Source: Dehalococcoidia bacterium | Lineage (GTDB): Bacteria > Chloroflexota > Dehalococcoidia > Bin125 | DNA: 64,000 nt | Assembly (NCBI GenBank): GCA_965200625.1 | Contig: OZ241375.1 | Span: forward strand, 8,234 to 72,233 | Reading direction: 5' to 3' | Part shown: piece by piece, positions 55,233-64,000 of the stretch | Numbering within the stretch: the stretch's first letter is position 1 | Layout of the letters: each line of letters opens with the position of its first letter | The notes under the pieces: model-generated | Database searches by the model: none | The model's input: only the letters and a program-made list of their open reading frames with translations | Told to the model about the DNA's origin: nothing | Made by a program: the position numbers and the translations under genes

Positions 55233-56624
55233 CTACAGCCAGACAGGTTCGTGGGTTCCGGGTTTCACGGTTCGGCTCCACTGGGGCTGGATGTCGCTGA
55301 ACTGGATGGGGAAGCGGAGCCTGGTGAGCGCTCCGTAGTCGGAGGCGACCGTTTCGCTGTATTGGTCTGCCAGGCGGAAGCCCTCTTGGGGATCGGCGGC
55401 GGCGATCGCGTGGGGCGCGCCGAGCCGGAGGAACCAGGCGGCGGTCTGGCCGAGCGCGACCTGGACGTGCCAGCTACCGCCCTCCACCGCGCGGCGGCGC
55501 AGCGCGGCGAGTGCTCCGTACGCGCCCCAGTAGCCGGTGCCGTAGTCGTTGAGCGCCATCGCCGGACCGTCGGAGATGAGGGCGGTCGGGTCCTCCCGCT
55601 GGTGGAGATGGTGGATGCCCGAGGCGGCCTGGACGTTGCCGTCGAAGCCGCGCTTCTCCTGCCAGAGACCGAATTGGCCGTAGGCGTTCTCGGAGATGTA
55701 GATGATGCCCGGCCGACGCTCCGCCAGCGCCTCCGGACTGAGGCCGCGCCGCGCCAGCGACCGGGCGCGGTAGGACTGACTGAAGACGTCCGCCCCGTCG
55801 ATCAGATTCCAGAGCGCGTCCTGACCCTCCGCGGTCTCAAGGTCGACGAAGGCGCGGCGCTTGCCGTGTCCGGTGTCGGCCTGAGCGGCCTGCATATCGA
55901 CGACGTGCGGCGAGCCGATGTGCAGGACGTCTGCGCCCAGCGCGGCGAGCGTGCGGGAGATCGTCGGGCCGGCGAGGACGCGGGTGCTGTCGATTACGCG
56001 GACGCCGTGGAGCGGCAGCTCGCCGCCGGGGATCGGCTGGGGCGGCGCGTCGCCGATCTTCTCGATCTTCACAGCGGGCGAGTCGGCGAGCATTGCGCCC
56101 TGCGGATGCGCTTGCCACTCCTCGGGCGTGCGCACCACGACGCCGGTGAGCTGCGCCTCGACGAGCCTGGCCTCCAGCGCGTCGGCGTCGTGGGCGGCGA
56201 CGTGCTCGGCGAGCGTCTCGGACGTGCAGCCGAGCGCGTCCAGCGTGCGCTCAACGATGTGCGGGAAGCCGCTGAGCAGGTAGAGGTAGCGGCCGTCGCG
56301 GGTGGGAAAGATGCCCTGGCCCGGCGCAATCGAGTCGGGCAGCGAGGCGAGCGCGTTCTGGCCGTCAATCTCCAGCACCCACATCGACGAGATGCCGATC
56401 GCCGCCTGACCCAGATGAATCTGTGCGCTCTGCCGTTGACCGGTCTGCTGAGCGCGGATGTCGTCAACGAGCCCGGCGATGTTGCCGAGAATCGAGGCGG
56501 TGCCCGCCGCGAGCCGCAGCGGGGAGGGGAAGATCGGGTCGCCCTCGCCGACGAACTGGAGGTCGGCGGCGGTCGGTTCCACGCCAGCGGCGCGGGTGAT
56601 CGCTTCAAACTCAGCGCGTTCCAT
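55233..56624 (-). CDS. CoA-transferase family III (third copy)
   Basis: Start MERAEFEAITRAAG. Family-III fold motifs. Confidence 0.85.
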   Translation of the reverse strand: MERAEFEAITRAAGVEPTAADLQFVGEGDPIFPSPLRLAAGTASILGNIAGLVDDIRAQQTGQRQSAQIHLGQAAIGISSMWVLEIDGQNALASLPDSIAPGQGIFPTRDGRYLYLLSGFPHIVERTLDALGCTSETLAEHVAAHDADALEARLVEAQLTGVVVRTPEEWQAHPQGAMLADSPAVKIEKIGDAPPQPIPGGELPLHGVRVIDSTRVLAGPTISRTLAALGADVLHIGSPHVVDMQAAQADTGHGKRRAFVDLETAEGQDALWNLIDGADVFSQSYRARSLARRGLSPEALAERRPGIIYISENAYGQFGLWQEKRGFDGNVQAASGIHHLHQREDPTALISDGPAMALNDYGTGYWGAYGALAALRRRAVEGGSWHVQVALGQTAAWFLRLGAPHAIAAADPQEGFRLADQYSETVASDYGALTRLRFPIQFSDIQPQWSRTVKPGTHEPVWL

Positions 56625-56741
56625 GCTCCGTCCCTTCCCTGTTAGTCGTGCGCAGGCTAACGAACCGCCGCTCAGTGACAGGCGTAGCTCCATATGCTGT
56701 ACGCCGATCAGATGCTCAGGAATTGCGAGGGAGAGCGACCG

Positions 56742-57974
56742 ATGCCCCGCCGCGATTCGGACCGGGAAGAAGACGCGCTGTGGCAGCTGGCCCGCGCGCG
56801 GGGGCTGAGCCGCCGCCGGTTTCTGGCGCTGCTGTTGGCCGGGGGCGCGGCCTCGGTGTTGATGGCCTGCGGCGACCCAATTCCCGAGCGTTCAGCTGAA
56901 GCGCAGATGCAGGCGGTCAGAATCTTCAAAGACCCGGCGCCGTTCACTCGGCATGGAGCAGCGGGCCTGGAGTCGCGCCTGGAGCTGCTGGGCGGCGAGT
57001 TTCTGACGCCGACCGAGCGGTTCTTCGTGCGCAACAACTCGCGCAGCCTGGACATCGACGCCGATCGCTGGTCGCTGACGGTTGAGGGCGACGCAGTCCG
57101 GCGTCCGCAGCAGCTGAGTCTCGAATTGCTCAACGAATTGACGCGAGTGACCGTGACCGCCTACCTGGAGTGCGCGGGCAACCAGCGGGCGATGTTCAAA
57201 CTGCTGCACGGACAGGCGGGCAAGGGGACGCAGTGGGGGCGCGGCGCGGTCGGCAACGCGGATTGGACCGGCGTCCCGCTGCGCGATGTCCTGACGCTGG
57301 CCGAGCTCGACGCTGACGCCGTCAGCGTGCTCCTGATCGGCCTGGACGCGGAGAGTCCGGAGGAGGGCTTCCGCCGCGTGCTGCCCGTCGACAAGGCGAT
57401 GCACCCCGACACGCTGCTCGCCTACACGATGAACGGCGAGCCGCTGACCAAAGATCACGGCTATCCGCTGCGCGCGATTGCGCCCGGCTGGGTCGGCGCG
57501 TCGCAGATCAAGTGGCTGGACCGGATTGTGGTCTCGAAGGAAGCACGGTGGACGCGGAACAACACCACGTCGTACGTCCTGATCGGGGACGAGTATCCAG
57601 CAGAGGGCGAGGCAACCGGGCAGGTCGTGACCGTGCAGTCGATCAAGAGCGCGTTGGCGCTGCCCTGGCCGGCGCGGCTGTCGGCGGGAACGGTCACGCT
57701 GCAAGGCTTCGCGCACTCGGGGCACGGCGCAATCGCTCAGGTGGAGTGGAGCGTTGACGGCGGCGTCAGCTGGCAGGAGGCGCTGGTTGGCCAGCAGGAG
57801 GACTACTCCTGGGCGCCATTCGAGTTCGAGTGGTCGGCGACGTCGGGCGAGTACGAGCTCATGACCCGCGCCACCGACATCAAGGGAAACACCCAGCCCG
57901 CCACCATCCCCTTCAACGAGAAGGGCTACCTCTTCAATCAACCGCTGCCCCATCCCATCTCCGTGAGCGCATAA
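56742..57974 (+). CDS. sulfite-oxidase-family molybdopterin oxidoreductase with a Tat signal
   Basis: MPRRDSD...SRRRFLALLLAGGAASVLMACG, plus Oxidored_molyb and dimerisation-domain features. Confidence 0.85.
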   Translation: MPRRDSDREEDALWQLARARGLSRRRFLALLLAGGAASVLMACGDPIPERSAEAQMQAVRIFKDPAPFTRHGAAGLESRLELLGGEFLTPTERFFVRNNSRSLDIDADRWSLTVEGDAVRRPQQLSLELLNELTRVTVTAYLECAGNQRAMFKLLHGQAGKGTQWGRGAVGNADWTGVPLRDVLTLAELDADAVSVLLIGLDAESPEEGFRRVLPVDKAMHPDTLLAYTMNGEPLTKDHGYPLRAIAPGWVGASQIKWLDRIVVSKEARWTRNNTTSYVLIGDEYPAEGEATGQVVTVQSIKSALALPWPARLSAGTVTLQGFAHSGHGAIAQVEWSVDGGVSWQEALVGQQEDYSWAPFEFEWSATSGEYELMTRATDIKGNTQPATIPFNEKGYLFNQPLPHPISVSA

Positions 57975-58215
57975 GACCTCCCCCTCCGGGGGAGGCGCCC
58001 CATAGGGGCGGAGGGGGGCGCTCCGCTGGTGCCTGAGCGCGCGTGCGGGGCCTCTCAGTCGCTGCGCGACAGTTCCCCCGTCTCACTTCCGTCATTCCCG
58101 CGAAAGCGGGAATCCACAAGTGCAACTGACAACGCGCCAAGCAATGGGTTCCCCTGTGCAAGCCAGGGGCAGGCTCTGCTTTCGCAGGAACGACGGAGAA
58201 GAGGGGGAGCGCTTG
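57975..58215. repeat. REP-like repeat cluster (CGTCATTCCCGCGAAAGCGGGAATCCAC; GGGTTCCCCTGTGCAAGCCAGGGGCAGGCTCTGCTTTCGCAGGAACGACGG)
   Basis: The second unit recurs at 60185-60240. Confidence 0.8.
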
Positions 58216-58262
58216 GAGGCTGCGCTACCCTGCGGACATCAGACGATCTGGAAGGGACTGCC

Positions 58263-59357
58263 ATGCGCGCTGCGGTACTTGAGGCTCCGAACACTCCGTT
58301 GGTGATCAAGGATCTGGTTCAGGACGAACCGCAATACGGTGAAGTGCTGGTGCGGATGGGCGCGGCCGGGATTTGCGCCTCCGACCACCACATCATGGAA
58401 GGCACCGCCGCGTTTCCGCTGCCGTCGGTGTTGGGCCATGAGGGCGCGGGCACGATTGAGGCGGTTGGCCCGGGCGTCGCCGAGCTGCAGCCCGGCGACC
58501 GCTGCATCCTCTCCTTTGTCACCCCCTGCGGGCAGTGTCCGACCTGCCGCAAAGGCTCGCCGCAGCTCTGCGACCTGCACCAGGCGACCGGCTCGCGCCT
58601 GCTTGACGGCACCGTCCGCCTACACGACCAGGACGGCTCCGAGGTCTTCCAGATGGGCAAGCTCGGCGTCTTCGGCAAGCACGTCGTGACCGCCCAGCAG
58701 GCCTGCTTCCCGATTCCCGACGCCGTGCCAATGGACGTCGCGGCGCTGATCGGCTGCTCGGTAACGACCGGCGTGGGCGCGGTGATTAACCAGCCGACCG
58801 CCGAGGCGGGGATGACCGTCGCGGTGATCGGCGCGGGCGGCGTCGGCCTGAACGCGATTCAGGGCGCGCGGATGCTCAACGCCTCGCGGATCATCGCCGT
58901 CGACATCCACGACCACAAGCTGGAGTTCGCCCGCCGCTTCGGCGCGACCGACACGGTCAACGCCCGCGAGGTGAACGTCGGCGCGGCGGTGCGCGAGCTG
59001 TCCAACGGCGGCGTAGACTTCGCCTTCGACACGTTCGGCTCGGACGTCACCGCGAACCAGGTCTTCGACTCGCTGGGCAAGGGCGGCACGGGCGTAATCG
59101 TCGGGATCGCGCCGACCGAGGCGGTCGGCTCGTTCGACCTGGTCGACATGGTGCGCAAGCAGAAGACGATGGTCGGCTCGTACTACGGCTCGGCCTCGCC
59201 GCACCGCACGTTCCAGAAGCTGGTCGACATGTACGTGACCGGGCGCATCGAGATCGACCACATCGTCCAGCGCCGCTACCCGCTGGACGAGATCAACGAA
59301 GCCTTCCACGCCCTCGAACGCGGCGAAGACGGCCGCGGCGTGATCGTCTATGACTAG
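58263..59357 (+). CDS. zinc-dependent alcohol dehydrogenase
   Basis: MRAAVLEAPNTPLVIKDL...GHEGAG...GAGGVG. Confidence 0.9.
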   Translation: MRAAVLEAPNTPLVIKDLVQDEPQYGEVLVRMGAAGICASDHHIMEGTAAFPLPSVLGHEGAGTIEAVGPGVAELQPGDRCILSFVTPCGQCPTCRKGSPQLCDLHQATGSRLLDGTVRLHDQDGSEVFQMGKLGVFGKHVVTAQQACFPIPDAVPMDVAALIGCSVTTGVGAVINQPTAEAGMTVAVIGAGGVGLNAIQGARMLNASRIIAVDIHDHKLEFARRFGATDTVNAREVNVGAAVRELSNGGVDFAFDTFGSDVTANQVFDSLGKGGTGVIVGIAPTEAVGSFDLVDMVRKQKTMVGSYYGSASPHRTFQKLVDMYVTGRIEIDHIVQRRYPLDEINEAFHALERGEDGRGVIVYD

Positions 59358-60092
59358 GTTCGCTAGCCGGCCCGTCTTGCTGATTGCTCTGGTCGCGGCG
59401 ATCATCGGTGGTGTGGCGACCTATGGCGTGTCCGCACTGACGGAGAGCGCGAAGCAAGAGGTCCGGATAACGGCGCAGCGCCTGGAAGACGGCAGAGTCG
59501 AATTCGGCCTGCAGCAGCGTGAGGGCGATGGGACGTGGGGCGCGAGAATGCTGCCGGCGCGGCGGTATTTCCCAGCGCAGGGTTTCCTCAACCGCTGGGC
59601 AAACTCACGCCCATAGAGATCGACTCCGCGCTGCCTCTCTATGTGAACACGACGCAACCGCAGAAATCCCTGACAGTCGGCGAGTATGTGGCGTCGTGTG
59701 GATTCGACGCGACCGTGTTGACCGAATCCGGCCTGATTGAGGATGCCGACATCGCTCAATTTCAGGCTCTTGAGATTGAGGCGGGAGAGGCCACGACGTG
59801 GGGCGTCTATTTCACCGTTGTTGACCTCGGACTGACAGCCGCGAAGATCATCGATCCCCCAGATGACCTGGCGGAGTATCACCAGGCCCAGGTCGCGCTG
59901 TTGACGCTCGTTGCACAGTACGCATTCGCACAACCGTCCGACGTAGAGTTCGATCCATGGGAGCTACTGGGTCTCGGCTTGATCGCCGCTGGTCTTGTGC
60001 AGCAAGCGGAGGAAAGCCTCACTCCCGATCTGCGCCAAAGGTTGGTGGATGGAGGATGCATCACGGAGGAGCAAGTCGGTTGGGACGAGTAG
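59350..60092 (+). pseudogene. membrane-anchored hypothetical protein (paralogue of 60587..61351) with a -1 frameshift at ~59607
   Basis: ORFs 59350..59616 (TM helix plus the ITAQRLEDGRVEFGLQQREGDGTWG motif) and 59535..60092 are in different frames. They align colinearly to the intact tandem paralogue. Confidence 0.5.
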
Positions 60093-60179
60093 GTACACCA
60101 CTATCCGCCGACAAGATCGATGGGCTCTTCCACCCGCTCGATCGCGGAGCGATCGCGTACGGTTGCTCCGCCCGCCGCG

Positions 60180-60250
60180 CCTGTATGGGTTCCCCTGTTC
60201 AAGCCAGGGGCAGGCTCTGCTTTCGCAGGAACGACGGAGGTGAGGGGGCG
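60180..60250. repeat. REP-like unit shared with 58150-58200
   Basis: GGGTTCCCCTGTTCAAGCCAGGGGCAGGCTCTGCTTTCGCAGGAACGACGG. Confidence 0.75.
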
Positions 60251-60586
60251 TTGCTGAATCTGCGGAGCGGTGGTGGCGCGGGGCGCGCGATTGGCTAGGA
60301 TTGACTCGGGAGGGATGCTGATGTCCCGTTCGGTCGCGATTACGTGGGCGGTTGCCGTTGCCGTGGTTCTGATTTCGGTGGTGGCGATCCTGGCGGCGTT
60401 GGGGATGGAGGCGGAGGCGCGGGCCAGCTGTCGGCTGCGGTTTGGCCGCGGCTCGCAGCGGTCGCTGACGATTGGGACGGCGGGCGCGGACGATGAGTCT
60501 CGCGGCGGCCAGGGTCGGCTCGCCGGTGGAGGACGCTACGTCAATCGGCCTACCCAGAATTGACTCCAGAGATTGGTGAGTCGCCG

Positions 60587-61351
60587 ATGAATCGCAACCT
60601 GGTGTTGGTCGTGCTGACGGCGCTGGTCGCCGCCCTGATTGGCGGGTCGGCCGCCTATGCCGTGCTGACCCGAACGCAGACGGAGACGACCGAGATCCGG
60701 ATCGTCGCGCAGCGGCGGCCAGGCGGCCTGATCGAGTTCGCTGTCCAACAGCGCGAGGCGGACGGCAGCTGGGGCGAGCGCCAGGAGCCGCGCGCGAATC
60801 GGATGCGGGCGGAGGGCAGGCTGGAGCGCTGGCAGGTCAGTACGCCGGTGGAGATCGAGGTGGAGGTCGAGATTGAAGTGGCGGAGACGGAAGCGCCGCC
60901 AGTCGTTGACGAGCCGGCCGGCGACCCCCTCCCGCCGAGCGTCGCGATGTCGCGCGAGGCCTATCTGGAGCTGATGTGCGGCGGCTCGATCCAGATCGAC
61001 GGCCTGCCCATCACCGGCGCCGGCGCGACGATCACGGTCGTGCCAACCTGGCAGATGTTCTTCGAGACGTACGACTCCCTGTCCGCGATGTTCTACACGA
61101 TCATCCCGCCGGCGGAGTTGGGCACCTGGCACGAACTGCTGATCATGGCCACGTCGGTCTACGCGCAGTACGCGCTCCTGCAACCGTCGGACGCGCTGGT
61201 CGGGCCGACCGAGCTGTTGCCTCTGACCAGTGTGATGCAAGGCGAGGCGCTGCTCACGGTGCAATCGCTGTCAGCCGAGCTGCGGGCGGAGCTGGAAGCC
61301 GCTGGCTGCAACCTCAGCGCGCTCGGGGGCAATGTCAGCGGGGCTGGGTAG
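60587..61351 (+). CDS. membrane-anchored hypothetical protein: N-terminal TM, an IVAQRRPGGLIEFAVQQREADGSWG motif, an acidic VEIEVEVEIEV linker and an uncharacterised C-terminal domain
   Basis: Start MNRNLVLVVLTALVAALIGGSAAYAV inside ORF 60560..61351. Confidence 0.55.
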   Translation: MNRNLVLVVLTALVAALIGGSAAYAVLTRTQTETTEIRIVAQRRPGGLIEFAVQQREADGSWGERQEPRANRMRAEGRLERWQVSTPVEIEVEVEIEVAETEAPPVVDEPAGDPLPPSVAMSREAYLELMCGGSIQIDGLPITGAGATITVVPTWQMFFETYDSLSAMFYTIIPPAELGTWHELLIMATSVYAQYALLQPSDALVGPTELLPLTSVMQGEALLTVQSLSAELRAELEAAGCNLSALGGNVSGAG

Positions 61352-61369
61352 GGTCGAGGTTCCCACGCG

Positions 61370-61565
61370 CGCAGAAGCCCCTCAGTCGCTCCCGCGAGAG
61401 CGGTAAGCCAAGACTTCCCCCTTTGGGGAAAGTGCCCCGAAGGGGCGAAGGGGGGCTCGCTGATGACCGAGGGAAGCCTCCCTCAGTCGCTCCGCGACCG
61501 CCCCCCACTCACGTCCGTCATTCCCGCGCAAACGGGAATCCATCGCTCAGAGCGCCACTTGTCGC
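61370..61565. repeat. REP-like repeat cluster
   Basis: ACTTCCCCCTTTGGGGAAAGTGCCCCGAAGGGGCGAAGGGG; CGTCATTCCCGCGCAAACGGGAATCCA. Confidence 0.75.
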
Positions 61566-61612
61566 GCGCTGGCCTCGTGGGTCCACGACCGGGCGGGCAG
61601 AGCGTCGGCGGA

Positions 61613-62707
61613 CTACTCCAGCGTGGCGATGTGCTGGCGTTGGATCAGCTCCCAGTCGATCTCGTAGCCGAGGCCGGGCTTGGTGGGGGCGTGCACCTTG
61701 CCGCCGGACATGTCGATGTCCTCGACGAGGCCGTAGACGAAGCCGCCGGTGCTGGGGAAGTACTCGTAGAACTCGCAGTTGGGCACGGCCATGATCACGT
61801 GCAGGTTGGCGACGTTGTTGAGGCTGTTGCCGCCGTGGTGGATTTCGCACTTCATCTGGAAGCCCTCGGCCAGATGGCAGAGGCGGACGAGCGGCGTGAT
61901 CCCGCCGGTCACGGCGACGTCGCCGCGCAGGATGTCGGTGGCGTACTGCGTAATCCACTGGGTCATCCCGTAGTACGTGCCGGGCGCGTACTCGGTGGAC
62001 ATAATCGGAATGTCCAGCTTCTGGTGCAGCTTCACGTAGCTGTAGAGGTCTTCCTCGCGCAGCGGATCCTCGTACCAGTAGAAGTCCAGCTCCTCAATCG
62101 CCCGCCCGACCCGCATCGCGTCCTCGTACTGGTATGACCACATGCTGTCGAGCATCAGGATCATGTCCGGCCCGACCGCTTCGCGCACCGCGCGGCAGAT
62201 CTCGATATCGGGCTGCGCGACGCCGTGCGGATGGAGCTTGTGCGCGATCCAGCCGTCGGCCTGGAACTTGAGCGCCTCCTCCGCATATTCCGCGGGCGTT
62301 TCCCACCAGGCGGTGGAGGAGTAGACCGGCACTTCGTCCTTGCAGGTGCCGAGCAGGTGGTGGATCGGCTGACCCGCGAGCTTGCCGTTGATGTCCCAGA
62401 GCGCGATATCGACCGCGCCGATGGCGGCGTTGGAGACGGCGCGGTTCTGCTTGTAGCAGTCCGCCCAGATGCGGCCGATGTCCTGCGCGTTCTGGCCCAG
62501 CAGGCGCGGCTTGAGGATGTCCAGCAGCGGCCGCGCCTGATGCTGCGGGCGCGAGAGAAACGCATGGCCGTCAACGCCGGCATCGGTCGCGATCGTCAGC
62601 ACCGAAAGCTGATTCGCGCCGCCAAAGCGCATCCCCGACCCCACCCGCCAGTTCGGCGTCTCCCAGTTGAAAACATCAATCTTGACATCGGTGATCTTGG
62701 GCGACAT
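61613..62707 (-). CDS. mandelate racemase / muconate lactonizing enzyme family (enolase superfamily) protein
   Basis: ORF track. MR/MLE fold motifs (KxK ... D..E..D metal ligands spacing). Confidence 0.85.
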   Translation of the reverse strand: MSPKITDVKIDVFNWETPNWRVGSGMRFGGANQLSVLTIATDAGVDGHAFLSRPQHQARPLLDILKPRLLGQNAQDIGRIWADCYKQNRAVSNAAIGAVDIALWDINGKLAGQPIHHLLGTCKDEVPVYSSTAWWETPAEYAEEALKFQADGWIAHKLHPHGVAQPDIEICRAVREAVGPDMILMLDSMWSYQYEDAMRVGRAIEELDFYWYEDPLREEDLYSYVKLHQKLDIPIMSTEYAPGTYYGMTQWITQYATDILRGDVAVTGGITPLVRLCHLAEGFQMKCEIHHGGNSLNNVANLHVIMAVPNCEFYEYFPSTGGFVYGLVEDIDMSGGKVHAPTKPGLGYEIDWELIQRQHIATLE

Positions 62708-62739
62708 GGATCTCCACCTACTCTCTGCTCTCCCCTGGA

Positions 62740-62815
62740 GGAGCGGCGCACCCCTTCAGTCCCTACGGGACAGCTTCCCCCCCCAACGGGGGCAGCGGGG
62801 AATTTAGCGGCCGCG
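62740..62815. repeat. REP-like repeat with a C8 tract (62777-62784)
   Basis: CCCCTTCAGTCCCTACGGGACAGCTTCCCCCCCCAACGGGGGCAGCGGGG. Confidence 0.7.
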
Positions 62816-63619
62816 GAATTGGGCGGGGCGTTTTTCGAGGAAGCTGTCGATCCCCTCTTGCCGATCCTCGGATCTGCCGGTGATGCTCAGACCCCACGCC
62901 TCGCGCTCGACCTGCATGTCGAAGTTGGGCGCGCTGGTGTTGACCAGCCGCTTGGTCAGCTCGATGGCCAGCGACGGCCCGCGCGCGATCTTCTCCGCCA
63001 ACGCCAACGCCTCGTCGAGCAACGTCTCCGGATCGAGCGTACGGTTGACGAGGCCGTAGCGCTCCGCGTCGGCGGCGCTGAGCGGATCGCCCGTGTACAT
63101 CAGCTCCAGCGCGCGGCCCTTGCCGATCATCTGCGGCAGATAGTACGTGCTGCCCGTGTCGGGGACGATCGCGCGGTGGACGAAGGCGCTGATGAAGCGC
63201 GCGTTGGTGCTCGCCAGGCGGATGTCGCAGGCCAACGCCAATGACATGCCCGCGCCCGCCGCCGCTCCGTTGACCGCGGCGATGATCGGCTTCGGGTAGT
63301 CGTTGAGCGCGGCAAACAGCACGCCGTAGTGCCCGATCGGCGCTTCCGTGTGGCGGCGGTAGCTGTCGGCGTCGATCAGTTCGCGGGTCAGGCGGGCAGC
63401 CTCGGCACCGCCCGAGACGTCCGCGCCCGCGCAGAACCCGCGTCCCGCGCCGGTCACGACCATCGCCCGGACGGAGTCGTCATGGCGCGTCGCTTGGAGC
63501 ACGTCCAACAGCTCATGCACGAGCCGCGGACCCATCGCATTCATCTTCTCAGGCCGCTGCAGGGTGACAAGCGCCACCCCATCGCGCCGCTCGAGGCTCA
63601 GGTCTTCATAGGTGGACAT
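62804..63619 (-). CDS. enoyl-CoA hydratase/isomerase (crotonase family)
   Basis: MSTYEDLSLERRDGVALVTLQRPEKMNA...GAGRGFCAGAD. Confidence 0.9.
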   Translation of the reverse strand: MSTYEDLSLERRDGVALVTLQRPEKMNAMGPRLVHELLDVLQATRHDDSVRAMVVTGAGRGFCAGADVSGGAEAARLTRELIDADSYRRHTEAPIGHYGVLFAALNDYPKPIIAAVNGAAAGAGMSLALACDIRLASTNARFISAFVHRAIVPDTGSTYYLPQMIGKGRALELMYTGDPLSAADAERYGLVNRTLDPETLLDEALALAEKIARGPSLAIELTKRLVNTSAPNFDMQVEREAWGLSITGRSEDRQEGIDSFLEKRPAQFRGR

Positions 63620-63659
63620 CCACAAATCCTTCCACTGCTCTCCGCCATGCTACGCGACT

Positions 63660-63850
63660 GCGCGCTTCCGCCAGTGGGAGGGCAGTGAGGAGACTTCCCC
63701 TCTGGGGGAAGTGCCCCGAAGGGGCGAAGGGGCTCTCCGATGGCCGTCGCGAGCGTCAAATGCGTGTTGGTTCCTGCCTTCGCCGGAACGACGGTAGGGA
63801 ACGGGGAGCTGCCGAGGAGCGACTGAGGGGCTGCCCGCGCGCCTATACTG
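63660..63850. repeat. REP-like repeat cluster
   Basis: ACTTCCCCTCTGGGGGAAGTGCCCCGAAGGGGCGAAGGGG; GGTTCCTGCCTTCGCCGGAACGACGG. Confidence 0.75.
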
Positions 63851-63855
63851 ACCGC

Positions 63856-64000
63856 ATGACCACTGAAACCGATCCCCAAATCGACGTCTGGTCCGACCGT
63901 CTCGAGGAAGAGCTGGTCGAGGTGGGCATGGAGCCGCCTCAGGCCCGCGCCTTTGCCCGTGCCTTCGAGCTCGGTATGAACCGCGTGCTCTCAGTCGTTG
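63856..64000 (+). CDS. hypothetical protein, 5' partial at the window edge (MTTETDPQIDVWSDRLEEELVEVG...)
   Basis: ATG at 63856 after the repeat. Runs off the window. Confidence 0.3.
   Translation, partial: MTTETDPQIDVWSDRLEEELVEVGMEPPQARAFARAFELGMNRVLSVV

Noticed and set aside
1-64000. tRNA, rRNA or riboswitch genes
   Set aside because: No T-arm/anticodon-arm-like cloverleaf candidates or rRNA-like segments were recognised by eye. The intergenic hairpins are better explained as REP-like repeats.

Overview
This 64 kb window has about 69-70% GC and is gene-dense, so it is bacterial chromosomal DNA, most likely from a Chloroflexota/Thermomicrobia-like or actinobacterial organism. About 45 protein genes are supportable. 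Intergenic spaces are filled with an unusual family of hairpin-forming REP/BIME-like repeats, including a 4-copy tandem array at 20735-21350. No rRNA, tRNA or CRISPR array was found.

Gene content, by position:
- Peptide ABC transporter: a permease and a Tat-lipoprotein substrate-binding protein with a poly-Gln linker.
- Acyl-CoA catabolic genes: three family-III CoA-transferases, a DUF35/thiolase-like pair, acyl-CoA dehydrogenase, enoyl-CoA hydratase and an acyl-CoA carboxyltransferase.
- A minus-strand operon at 9448-14185: ATP-grasp(Ddl-like)-M20 peptidase fusion, gamma-glutamyltranspeptidase and an N-formylglutamate-amidohydrolase-family protein.
- Lactate utilisation lutC-lutB/A, with a Tat-secreted intradiol dioxygenase apparently inserted downstream, leaving a ~200 bp junction duplication.
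- MFS transporter, TcuA-like flavoprotein, AlkD-like DNA repair protein.
- An HNH/methyltransferase reading frame immediately upstream of addB-addA, then glnB (nitrogen regulator P-II)-amt.
- F420-type enzymes (deazaflavin-dependent Ddn-like nitroreductase, LLM-class oxidoreductase), sulfite-oxidase-like molybdoenzyme, Zn-alcohol dehydrogenase, DEAD-box helicase, inositol monophosphatase (IMPase) family, 2-hydroxyacid dehydrogenase, aldo/keto reductase (AKR) and an enolase-superfamily enzyme.

Most notable observations:
1. A small ORF interrupted by a single in-frame TGA inside a U-G-S-C-x-x-C motif, with a hairpin 13 nt downstream; this is a candidate UGSC-family selenoprotein with a SECIS element (27783-28310).
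2. The predicted peptide ligase/peptidase operon at 9448-14185.
3. A tandemly duplicated, recombined module of a small ORF plus a 3-TM membrane protein, whose junction carries a 5' fragment of the neighbouring CoA-transferase gene (3100-5330).
4. A beta-class DNA methyltransferase fused in-frame to an HNH nuclease but interrupted by TGA in motif I, sitting directly upstream of addBA.
5. Two large signal-peptide FN3-repeat proteins disrupted by 1-nt indels at homopolymers and an in-frame TAG, one preceded by a G11 tract.
6. A high density of single-nucleotide gene disruptions overall: at least 5 frameshifts and 3 in-frame stops beyond the UGA. Either this lineage is pseudogene-rich or the assembly carries 1-nt indel errors.
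7. Three paralogous membrane-anchored proteins sharing an unfamiliar N-terminal motif.

Coordinates taken from my own reading of the sequence may be off by 1-2 nt; ORF-track coordinates are used wherever possible.
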